Source of the DNA: Octopus vulgaris
Taxonomy: Eukaryota
DNA length: 64,000 nucleotides
Direction: 5' to 3'
Assembly: GCA_951406725.2 (NCBI GenBank)
Contig: OX597817.1
Coordinates: 168,578,001-168,642,000, forward strand
Shown here: piece after piece, positions 51,648 to 64,000 of the stretch
How positions within the stretch are numbered: the first letter of the stretch is position 1
Layout: each line of letters starts with the position of its first letter
Position numbers and translations under genes: made by a program
The notes under the pieces: model-generated
Databases searched by the model: none
What the model was told of the DNA's origin: nothing
What the model saw: only the letters and a program-made list of their open reading frames with translations

Positions 51648-52206
51648 ATAATAATAATAATCATAAAACATTGTGTACAGTGCTCAGGTACACTACAACT
51701 CATCTAAAGTGCATATATAACCAGGTGTAGTTTCGGCGGATTTTGGAAAGCATGAGGGCCTTAAAGGATGCAGTGTCATGGCAGTCAACAACTGACGCAG
51801 GCAGTTTATTCTATGCTTCAGCAACTCTGAGCGTGAAAAAATGTTTCCGAAAGTCATGAGAGCTGTGTTGTTTTCTGACTTTGTAGGCATGTCCACGTGT
51901 GTTAGACACATGGAGATCAAAAAGGTGTTCAGTGTTGTTGTTAGTGAGGTGGTTGATAACTTTGTGGGTGTTTACCAAGTCCGTCGCCAGACGCCGGAGC
52001 TTCAGTGAATCCATGCCCAGGGAAACAAGGTGCTCGGAATATGGTAGGTGTCTGATGGAAGGTATGCGTTTGGTTGCACGTCTCTGAACAGATTCCAGGA
52101 GGTCAATGTTCTGAGCAAGATAGGGGTTCCAAACTGATGATGCGAATTCCAAGTGTGGTCGTACCATAGCTGTATACAGTTTTAAATAGATGGCTGGAGA
52201 GCGGCT
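51648..52206 (-). mobile_element. 5'-truncated CR1-clade LINE 3' end
   Basis: LYTAMVRPHLEFASSVWNPYL..LESVQRRATKRIP..; near-identical to 43054-43488; (TAT)n tail. Confidence 0.88.
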
Positions 52207-52371
52207 ATAGAACTAAGTCATTGATTAAGTAATTAGTGATGTTGAATATGAACAATGAAATTGGATCTCAGGATATGTAATAGAGACCATTTAAAAAAAA
52301 CCATAGGTCACATAGCACATAGTTCAGCATGGGCTTCATTTTGATAACTAAAACAAAAGAAGGAACACCCC

Positions 52372-52415
<44 letters not shown>

Positions 52416-52748
52416 TATATTCCGCCCTTTTCAATCCTAGCCAGGCTCATGGGCCCGGTTTCCCGGTTTCTATGGCGTATGTGTCCCCCCCCCCCCCAGC
52501 TGGATGGGACGCCAGTCCATTGTAGCATTACTCAAGAAACAGGAAGAAAGAGTGAGAGAAAGTTGGGGTGAAACTGTACAACAGGGGTCGCCACCACCCC
52601 CTGCCGGAGCCTCGTCGAGATTTAGGTGTTTTCGCTCAATAAATACACACAACACCCAGTCTGGGAATCAAAACCGTGATCCTCCGACCACGAGTCCGCT
52701 GCCCTAACCACTGGACCATTGTGCCTCCATCAGGATATATACATATAC

Positions 52749-53019
52749 TGTTGTGTCTGGGGAGAGTCATTTTCTTTTTGTGCCTTATAATGTAACACAC
52801 TCACTGGTAAAATTTCCACTTATTTGTTATTTTTATTTTCCTAAAATTTTCGTTGCGTCTTGCAACCTTTTCAGTAGTCTTGACTCATGACTACTGAAAA
52901 GGTTGCAAGACGCAATGAAAATTTTAGGAAAATAAAAATAAGAAATAAGTGGAAATTTTACTGGTAAGTGTGTTAAATCATAAGGCACAAAAAGAAAATG
53001 ACTCTTCCCAGACACAACA
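52749..53019. mobile_element. Near-perfect 271 bp fold-back element with a hammerhead-like motif in each arm
   Basis: Arms of ~131 bp around a 9 nt loop at 52880-52888; CTA-CTGAAAA-G-GTTGC aagac GCAAY-GAAA-AT-TT-TAG at 52891-52927 (+) and 52841-52877 (-). Confidence 0.8.
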
Positions 53020-53548
53020 TAATATGCTTCAACACACGAACTCATATAAAGAATCTTGCAAACTAAATCCAAAAACGAAATATATATATATAAATAGATA
53101 CACTAAGCTGTATCCCTTAATTTGCTGCTTTTGTATACACATACCAAGAAGAAATTTTGAAGAACAGATGTTACTTTAATGAGATAAATTTTGTAATAAC
53201 CTGAGGAGACACATTTACACTGACAGGTACACCTGAGGGATTGATGCTAGTGATCAAGAAACTTTCTCATATCTTCTGATTTCTGTCTCTCTCATTAATC
53301 AAATGTATATATATATATATATATATATATACTTTTATTCTTTTCAGTCATTTGACGGCAGCCATGCTGGATCACTGTCTTTAGTCGAACAAAGTGGCCC
53401 CAAGACTTATTCTTTAGAAGCTTAGTACTTATTCTATTGGTCTCTTTTGCTGAACCACTAAGTTATGGGGTTGTAAACACACCAACATCAGTTATCAAGC
53501 GATGGTGGGAGGACAAACACAGACACACAAACATATACATACATACAC

Positions 53549-53582
<34 letters not shown>

Positions 53583-53645
53583 TTGATAGATCATTAGCCA
53601 CTACACACATTTTTTTCTCTCCTTGTTTCTCTCCTTGTTTTCTGT

Positions 53646-53687
53646 GTCCCTTTCTGTAGAAGAGCCTAGGCTCGAAACGTAAAAGAC
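53646..53687 (+). ncRNA. Minimal hammerhead-like motif in cassette 53585-53775 (same family as 6403-6545)
   Basis: CTTT-CTGTAGA-A-GAGC ctag GCTC-GAAA-CG-TA-AAAG. Confidence 0.6.
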
Positions 53688-53797
53688 TTTTTCTATTCCT
53701 GAGCGTTATACTAATACATCTGTTTGTTTTGTACACCACCTGTCTTCATCTTTTGTTTTTTTCGTAAACTCTCCCTATATATATTTGTGTGTGTGTG

Positions 53798-53831
<34 letters not shown>

Positions 53832-54113
53832 ATGGGCTTCTTTCAGTTTCCATCTACCAAATCCACTCACAAAGTTTTGTTTGGCCCGAGGCTATAGTAG
53901 AAGACACTTGCCCAAGGTGCCACACAATGGGACTGAACCAGGAACCATATGGTTGATAAGCAAGCTACTTACTACACAGCCACTCCTATTGTTTTGTTTT
54001 GAGAGGGTCATTATGTCAATAATTGTAACACACTCACTGGTTCAATATTATTCCTTTATTGCTATATATGATATGTGTATACATAGGTACATATGTATTT
54101 GTGCATGTGTGTT

Positions 54114-54144
<31 letters not shown>

Positions 54145-54149
54145 GTGTA

Positions 54150-54185
<36 letters not shown>

Positions 54186-54454
54186 CATATATATATGTGT
54201 GTGTGTATGTATGTATACATATTTTTTTTTTGCATGGTGTGAGAGTACATACACACACACATATTTATATACAAAGAAAAATGCACACCAGTGCAGAAGT
54301 ATGTAAAAAAAAACACATTCCATATTTAGAAAGTAAAAGATTATTGCATTTTGTGTGCATACATCTATATGCGTATATGCATGTGTATACAAAAGAAACA
54401 TTGGGCTGCTACACCTAACAAATACAATAGACAATTGATACACCTAAGCGTCAC

Positions 54455-54535
54455 AGCCACCTCCACCGTCTCCACATCACCCTCATTATCATCATTATCT
54501 ATATCGTCATTACCCTTACCACCACCACAACCACC

Positions 54536-54566
<31 letters not shown>

Positions 54567-54628
54567 TCACCATCACCATCACTGCCACCACCACCATCAC
54601 CACCACCACAACCACCACCACCACCACT

Positions 54629-54662
<34 letters not shown>

Positions 54663-54834
54663 TCACCATCACCACCACCATCACCGCCACCACCACCACC
54701 ATCGCCACCACCACCACCACCACAACCACCACCACCACTACTACTACTATCACCATCACCATCACCACCACCATCACCACCAACACCACCACCATCACCA
54801 CCGCCACCACCACCACAACCACCACCACCACCAC

Positions 54835-54886
<52 letters not shown>

Positions 54887-54927
54887 TCACCATCACCACC
54901 ACCACCACCACAACCACCACCACTACC

Positions 54928-54967
<40 letters not shown>

Positions 54968-55050
54968 TCACCATCACCATCACCGCCACCACCACCACCA
55001 TCACCACCACCATCACCACCGCCACCACCACCACCACCACCATCACTACA
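54455..55050. repeat. (CCA)n/(CTA)n compound trinucleotide array
   Basis: Direct inspection. Confidence 0.92.
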
Positions 55051-55524
55051 TAGAGAGACTCTCACTCTCACTCTCACCACTACAGTCAGTATAAAGATGT
55101 GTAGAAGAGGAAGATTTGATTATCTGACAAGATCTTGTGGAGATTTTGGAAGTGGTGGTAGCGGTAGTTGGAGTGTTGTTGTTGTTGTTGTCATTGTTAT
55201 TGGTGGTGGTGGTGGTGGTGAATTCACATCACATGACATTGCATTGTCTATATGATTCCTTTCTTATTTGCAGGTGGTTCAGTCCTTTGTAGCTCTTCCC
55301 ACCGCCAAACACGCACAAGTGCCATTATTGATGTCTTGATGTGGTTTCTGTAACACCATCCACGTGGCGGTTCCTGTTTCCCCCCCCCCGTTACCGTCGT
55401 TCTCCTAGTCTGTCTGTCTGTCCACCTGTCAGTCCGTCAGTCCATCTGTGTATTGGCTGTTTGGCATAACTCCAGGATTACTGGCTCTCATAAGCTACTG
55501 TCTGTGAGATGTAGTGTATATTTT

Positions 55525-56560
<1,036 letters not shown>

Positions 56561-57904
56561 TAGAATGTGTGTGTGTATGTAATATATATATAATGCATGA
56601 GAATGTAAATGTATGTATATCAACATCTTTACATAGGAATGTATGTACAACTTTGTAGACATAGGTATGTAGATACATGCATGTACCTAGGTGGCTAATA
56701 TGTGTTTGTCTGCATGTATATATATATATATATTTTTATAAAATTGCTTGTGTGTGTATATATATATGTATGCATACCTGTTTAGGAATGTATCTATTCA
56801 TATATGCCTATACCTGCACATATGAGTTTGTGTTAGTATATGTATGTGTGTGTGTGTTTACTTACTCCCACAGATTTATATATGCATAAATATATATATT
56901 TATATACACACACATAGAAATAGTTATATATGCTTGCACATGAACTCGTGCATGTACACCCATGCACACAGATGCATGCACACACATGCACATATCTACA
57001 TATGTATGTATATTCATATATATATTGCTTTTTATGTGTGTGTGTATATATATACAGACATCATGTGTGTACATATATTATCTTTGATTGATTGATTGAT
57101 TCTAGTTTCAGCTCACGAGCTGTGGCCATGCTGGGGCACATCTGTTTCTCTCTCAGTATATATATATATCTTTCACTTTTACTTGTTTCAGTCATTAGAC
57201 CGTGGCCATGCTGGGGCAATGCCTTGAGGAATTTTTAGTCTCATGAATTGACCCCTGTACTTATTTTTTTAAAGCCTGATACTTATTCTATCAGCCTCTT
57301 TTGCCGAACTGCTAAGTTACAGGGACATTAACACACACATAGTTGTTAAGCTGTGCTGGGAGACAAACACATACACAAATGCATACGCACATAAATATAT
57401 AAAATGTATATATATATATGTATATATATAAAAGGCACGTAAAAAGCACCCACTACACTCACGGAGTGGTTGGCGTTAGGAAGGGCATCCAGCTGTAGAA
57501 ACATTGCCAGATAAGACTGGAGCCTGGTGCAGCCTTCTGGCTTCACAGATCCCCGGTCGAACCGTCCAACCCATGCTAGCATGGAAAACGGCCGTTAAAC
57601 GATGATGATGATGATGATGATATATGATGGGCTTCTTTCAGTTTCCATCCACTAAACCCACTCACAGGGCTTTGGTCAGCCCAAGGTGCCATGCAGTGGG
57701 ACTGAACCCAGAACCATATGATTGAGAAGCAAGCTTCTTACCATACAGCCATGCCAGATATATTCACATATGTCTAACCATCTATGTTTATAAGTTTCAG
57801 TTTCTGTGTATATGTGTGTATATACACAAATAGAATAGCCTGTATCTGTAGATATAAGTAAATATATAAAATTGAGCATGTATGTTTTATTTTATTTTTA
57901 TTTT

Positions 57905-58250
57905 ATTTTACTTGTTTCAGTCATTTGACTGTGGCCATGCTGGAGCACCGCCTTTAGTCGAGCAAATAGACCCCAGGACTTATTCTTTGTAAGCCCAGTA
58001 CTTATTCTATCAGTCACTTTTGCCGAACCGCTAAGTGACGGGGACGTAAACACACCAGCATCGGTTGTCAAGCAATGCTAGGGGGACAAACACAGACACA
58101 CACATACATAAACATATATATATACATATATACGACAGACTTCTTTCAGTTTCCGTCTACCAAATCCACTCACAAGGCATTGGTTGGCCCGGGGCTATAG
58201 CAGAAGGCACTTGCCCAAAATGCCACGCAGTGTGACTGAACCCGGAACCG
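57905..58250 (-). mobile_element. SINE family B (5' truncated)
   Basis: Match to 46856-47230. Confidence 0.85.
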
Positions 58251-58489
58251 TATATATACAGTTGTTTCAAAAGTTTAACAAAAACACAACAAAAGGTAAA
58301 TTTTACAAAAACATAAACAGAAAATTTGTAGCTAATTCCTCATCAGCCAACATCCAAATGATCATTACAATTTCGCTCCTTTAGTGCAGACTTGTATGTT
58401 TATAGATATATTTTGGCATGTATCCAGGCCAGGGTTTGGATTATGTGGAGGTCTTTAAGGCAATCAGTTGAATGATCATTTTCTGGATG

Positions 58490-59660
58490 CTGACTCAGAT
58501 GGCTGTGTGTGCAACAATATTGCCATGCAAGATGTGAAAGTGTTACCTCATTGTGGGTATCACCTGAGCTTTGTAGTGCATCAAGAATTTCTTATGAGCT
58601 GAATTATTTTCTTGTCCTGAAGAAAAGGTTCACTCATTGGATATGGTGCTAGATATGTTGAGCATGGACTTTTTGAGGTCTCTGTTCATGGAGTCAGTGT
58701 GAGTTTGGCGTGTAGTGTCTAGGTTGTAAATAGAAAATGTACTGTTGTGTCATCTGTATAAAAGTGGGTGATGTTGTCTGTGAAAGCTGGTAAGTAATTC
58801 ATGTTTTGAAGAAAGAGAGCAAAGGACAAACGATTTGACAAGAAGCTACCAATCCAAGAAATGCAAGACAGGTAGAGCCTATAGGTAGAAAGTTTCAATG
58901 AGAGATTCACCTGCCCAGATTTGGTCAAAAACTTGGCTGAAGTTGAGAACAAAAACATTGCTTTCACCAAATTCCTAAATTCCTCTAATGCAAGAGCTTG
59001 CTGTTCAGGAAGAGATTTGACCACCAATGGAACTGATTTTATAGAAGTCTTACAGTGAAGGCGCGTGGCTCAATGGTTAGAGCGTCGAGCTTACGATCGT
59101 GAGGTTGTGAGCTCGAATCCCGGACCGGGCTGCGTGTTGTGTTCTTGAGCAAGACACTTTATTTCACGTTGCTCCAGTATACTCAGCTGTAGAAATGAGT
59201 TGCGACGTCACAGGTGCCAAGCTGTATCAGCCCTTGCCTTTCCCTTGGACAACATTGGTGACGTGGAGAGGGGAGGCCGGTATGCATGGGCGACTGCTGG
59301 TCTTCCATAAAACAACCTTGCCCAGACTTGTGCCTCAGAGGGTAACTCTCTAGGTGCAAACCCATGGTCAGTGTCTGACCAAAGGTGGTCACCACTGATG
59401 GTCATTAAGGAGAGAGAGAGAGATATTGGCATATGGCTCCATTACCTTACAGGTGTTTGTCTTGGATGCAATATGGTGATGATAGTTTGCAGAATGAGAG
59501 GTGTTTATCTCTTTCGGTGAATGAGTTGTACTAGCATGTTTCCAAAGATCAGAGTAGGTCTCTGTGGAAAGAGGGAGAGAGTGAAGACTTTGATGAGAAT
59601 AGAGGTTAGCTCTGGAGGACAGTGCTTAGAGACAAAGGATTGAAGAAGACCTTCTCACCT
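58490..59660 (-). pseudogene. Ancient LINE reverse-transcriptase remnant interrupted by a SINE
   Basis: KHCPPELTSILIKVF, LSCISWIGSFLSNR, FYTDDTTV (YADD-like). Confidence 0.6.
59079..59390 (+). mobile_element. tRNA-derived SINE
   Basis: ggcgcgtggctcaatggttagagcg (A box), gctcgaatcccgg (B box), ttcttgagcaagacac; tail shared with 33290-33385 and 45160-45360. Confidence 0.8.
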
Positions 59661-60778
59661 GTGCAAGCATGGCGAAATAGATGTTAAAATGATGGTAGTG
59701 GTAGAGACCGAGATACATAATGCATTTGGGTCTCTCACCCATTATGTTTCTGCCCTCCTATTCATGGTTCCAGGTTTCTTGTGTAACAAAGAATTAGACT
59801 GGATCTGTGTATATTTGAGTTACCCTGTCATCACCTTTGTGAATTGCAAATCATCAAGCCATCTCCCTTAGGTCACTCCTTATTGACATTTCACTCTCTG
59901 TCTTTCCCTTTTAGAAATATGTAGCTGCCATTTCTTTCTCTCTCTTCCATTACCCCCTCTCCTCTGACACTCTCTTGCCTCTCACTCTCTTTCTCTCTCT
60001 CTCTCCTTCTCTCTCTTTCTCTCATGCATGTGCACGCATGTAATTGTGTGTTCCCACCCAACAATCTGCCACTTTGTCTATGCTGTTATACCATCAATCA
60101 CTTCCCTTTAATCTGTCACTGTAACAATCATTATTTGTAGTTGTTTGATATATTGTATCTATCTTTCTCTTTCCTCGCTATGCTTTAACTCAGTACTTCT
60201 CAAGCAAGCAAAAAAATCTGTGACTCCCTCATTTATATCATCGAAATGTTTTGCCACTAACAAAACAGTTTGCATTTGCATAATTTTTCTGTCTTTATCA
60301 TGGACAAATTTAAAAAGTTTGAAATTATCTCCTTCTTTTTTACACCTTGGCAATTTGCCTGCCATGACGAACACTACTTATCGTGTTAACTATAAGATAT
60401 TTTGTGGATGTTTGTGTAATGTATAGGTACCTTTCTGTCCAGTTGTTGTACTATAATTCTTTCTGTGTGGAGGCACATGGCCTAGTGGTTAGAGCAGCGG
60501 ACTTGCAGTCAAGGGATCACGGGTTCAAATCTCAGACCGGGCGATGTGTGTGTTTATGAGTGAAACACCTAAGCTCCATGTGGCTCGGGCAGAGGGTAAT
60601 GGTGAACTTCTGCTGACTATTTTGCCACAACTTTCTCTCACTCTTTCCTCCTGCATCTTGCAGCTCACCTGCGATGGACCGGCATCCTGTCTAGGTGGGG
60701 AACCTATATGCCAGGGAAACTGGCCCTTATCAGCCAGGGATGGCTCGAGAAGGAAGGAACTATAATTCTTTCTAGTTC

Positions 60779-61003
60779 GGTGAGCTGGCAGAGACGTTAG
60801 CACGCCGGACGAAGTGCTTCGCGGCATTTCGCCCGTCGCTACATTCTGAGTTCAAATTCCGCCGAGGTCCACTTTGCCTTTCATCCTTTCGGGGTCGTTA
60901 AATTAAGTACCAGTTACGCACTGGGGTCGATGTAATTGACTTAATCCCTTTGTCTGTCCTTGTTTGTCCCCTCTATGTTTAGCCCCTTGTGGGTAATAAA
61001 GAA
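60779..61003 (+). mobile_element. SINE family C
   Basis: Full family C body. Confidence 0.85.
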
Positions 61004-62189
61004 ACATATTTTTCACAACTTGGTTCATTATAGTGATGCTTCTGGATTTAGTTCTTTCTGGAGTATTTCCTTGCCTTGGTGAAGATATTGCAGCACCAGT
61101 CATTATGTCTGACACCTCATTCCTTGCACATAGGAACAAAAATTGCACCAGTCACATTTAGAATCTTTTGGCTATAGGTTTTTTCAGTTGGGATTTTTAG
61201 ATGTGGGTGGGGTAGAAAGGGCTCCTTAGCTGTAGTGAAGGCAATCTATCTAGGGAGATAACCTTACAATAAATCACTCGGTCTGTAGCTTAGAAATACT
61301 GGGTTGACGTCCAGCGGGAACAGCTTTGTTTCATGGAGGAGGAAAGATCTTCTTTAGTACTTTGTTGTACAATGCTTTCCAATGTGTGTAGTAGTGGCGC
61401 GCGCACACATTATTAGCTATTTGAAAAGACTATGAAAGTCTCGACCACAGTCGAACAATGATGAATGATGATGATGAGGATAAACAAAGTCAGCAATGAT
61501 CTGGTTGACTATATGAGTAATTAGAATATATCCCACGTCATGGAATTTTCAGTATTTCATCAACAATCCCTGCTTTCCCTACCTATCTAGCCTTTCCCTG
61601 TTTGGCACTCCATGGGCTATGACTAGACGATAAGGGTTCAGATGATCAGATCTATAGACAATCCTGCTCATGAAATTAATGTGCACTCCACAAATACGTG
61701 TACCCTTAATGTAGTTCTCAGGAAGAACCAGCATGACACAGAATATGACAAGGCTGGCCCTTTGAAATACAGGCACTACTCACTTTTACCAGCTGAGTGA
61801 AATGGAGCAACATTAAATAAAGTATCTTGCTCAAGGACTCAATGTGCTGCCAGGAATTGAACTCATGACCTGACAATCGTGAGCTGAATACCCTTACCAC
61901 TAAGCCACATACCTTTCTCTCCTTAATTCCACTTTTGACCGTATACTTGTCAACTTAATCGATAGTCTCTCTGATGGGGCTACTTGGGGATAATCTCTCC
62001 CTTCATTTGAATTTTCTGCTTTCTGCTGATTTTTGTAGTAACATTTCCAGATCTATATTTGCTCAGTGCCTGTGATGGCAAAGGAACTGCTATTGTATCA
62101 TACACATTTTTCGCCAATTACATCTTGGCCTGTGCTGAGACACTGCTTCACTTTCTTTCTTTCTGTGTGTGTGTGTGTTTGAATGTGTC

Positions 62190-62780
62190 TGGCAGAAACG
62201 TTAGCACGCCGGGCAAAATGCGTAGCCGTATTTCGTCTGCCGTTAAGTGTTCTGGGTTCAAATTCCGCCGAGGTCAACTTTGCCTTTCATCCTTTCGGGG
62301 GTTGATAAATTAAGTACCAGTTACGCACTGGGGTCGATGTAATCGACTTAATCCCTTTGTCTGTCCTTGTTTGTCCCCTCTATGTTTAGCCCCTTGTGGG
62401 TAGTAAAGAAATAGGTATTTCGTCTGCCGTTACGTTCTGAGTTCAAATTCCGCAGAGGTTAGCTTTGCCTTTCATCCTTTCGGGGTCGATAAATTAAGTA
62501 CCAGTTGCGCACTGGGGTCGATGTAATCGACTTAATCCCTTTGTCTGTCCTTGTTTGTCCCCTCTATGTTTAGCCCCTTGTGGGTAGTAAAGAAATAGGT
62601 ATTTCGTCTGCCGTTACGTTCTGAGTTCAAATTCCGCAGAGGTTAGCTTTGCCTTTCATCCTTTCGGGGGTCGATAAATTAAGTACCAGTTATGCACTGG
62701 GGTCGATGTAATAGACTTAATCCCTTTGTCTGTCCTTGTTTGTCCCCTCTATGTTTAGCCCCTTGTGGGTAGTAAAGAAA
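62190..62780 (+). mobile_element. SINE family C with three tandem ~185 bp bodies
   Basis: gtatttcgtctgcc at 62228, 62415 and 62599. Confidence 0.9.
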
Positions 62781-63132
62781 TATATATATATTTTATATAG
62801 GTGCACAGCTTGTTACTCCCTTCCTGTGTCCCCTTCTTTCATCACTGAGTTCCTTTTTTTTCTTCTTTTTCTTAGTTTCCTTGTTGAAGTAGCTTTATTT
62901 CTGATTTTACTTAAATATTCTCCAAAGTGAAAGATTGTCTTAATTTTTTCGATAATTCAATCTTATATTTAATCTTTATTCATCATTCTTTTCTTTTAAT
63001 CAATTTATCTTTTCATGCACAAATAAAGATTTTTATATAGGTGTGGGGTAAGTAGTTAGAAGGGAAGCTTCCCAAGCACATGGTACCTTATGCAAATGTA
63101 TTCTATAGCCTCAGGCTAACCAAAGCCCTGTG

Positions 63133-63249
63133 ATACATACATACATACATACATACATACATACATACATACATACATACATACATACATACATACATAC
63201 ATACATACATACATACATACATACATACATACATACATACATACATACA

Positions 63250-63281
<32 letters not shown>

Positions 63282-63840
63282 CATACATACATACATACAT
63301 ACATACATCACATACATACATACATACATACATACATAATACATACATACATACATACATACATACATACATACATACATCATACATACATACATACATA
63401 CATACATACATACATACATCATACATACATACATACATACATACATACATACATACATCATACATACATACATCATACATACATACATACATCATACATA
63501 CATACATCATACATACATACATACATACATACATACATACATACATACATACATACATACATACATACATACATACATACATACATACATACATCATACA
63601 TACATTCATACATACATACATACATACACATACATACATACATACATACATACATACATACATACATACATACATACATACATACATACATACATACATA
63701 CATACATACATACATACATACATACATACATCATACATACATACATACATACATACATACATACATACATACATACATACATACATACATACATACATAC
63801 ATCATACATACATACATACATACATACATACATACATACA

Positions 63841-63874
<34 letters not shown>

Positions 63875-64000
63875 CATACATACATACATACATACATACA
63901 TACATCATACATACATACATACATAATACATACATACCTACATACACATACATACATACATACATCATACATACATACATACATACATCATACATACATA
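63133..64000. repeat. (CATA)n microsatellite, more than 860 bp, running off the window
   Basis: Direct inspection. Confidence 0.97.

Noticed and set aside
54351-55094. 247 aa Pro/His/Tyr-rich, extensin-like ORF
   Set aside because: Translation of CCA/CTA trinucleotide repeats; open in several frames on both strands; no domain
59079-59150. tRNA gene candidates (also 44746, 22628, 60468)
   Set aside because: A/B boxes continue into repeated SINE bodies; acceptor stems not intact
60159-60374. 71 aa ORF vaguely like a gag N-terminus
   Set aside because: No recognisable motif; too short to call

Overview
AT-rich, microsatellite-dense eukaryotic DNA, almost entirely non-coding. The SINE families and repeat style suggest an octopus or other coleoid genome (inference). 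No intact protein-coding gene is supported; nearly all listed ORFs come from microsatellites or SINEs. (1) Positions 1-9893 recur at 12460-22430 with small differences. Copy 1 stops at a 100-N gap exactly at the apex of a perfect 76-bp-arm hairpin that is complete in copy 2, so this is most likely a retained second haplotype. (2) Mobile-element debris is abundant: four SINE-like families, piggyBac-, Tc1/mariner- and hAT-type MITEs, non-autonomous Helitrons, CR1/RTE fragments, a fragmented Gypsy fossil (about 25.6-34.7 kb, minus) and a decayed Penelope-like element of Neptune type (about 39.5-42.0 kb, plus). (3) The most notable signal is about ten hammerhead-ribozyme-like motifs. One is a complete type I fold at 49163-49213. 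The rest are minimal or decayed cores carried by short cassettes in (TA)n tracts, by long fold-back palindromes, and at the 3' end of the Penelope-like fossil. Together they suggest an ecosystem of Penelope-derived, ribozyme-bearing non-autonomous elements. All protein-motif and RNA-fold calls were made by eye.
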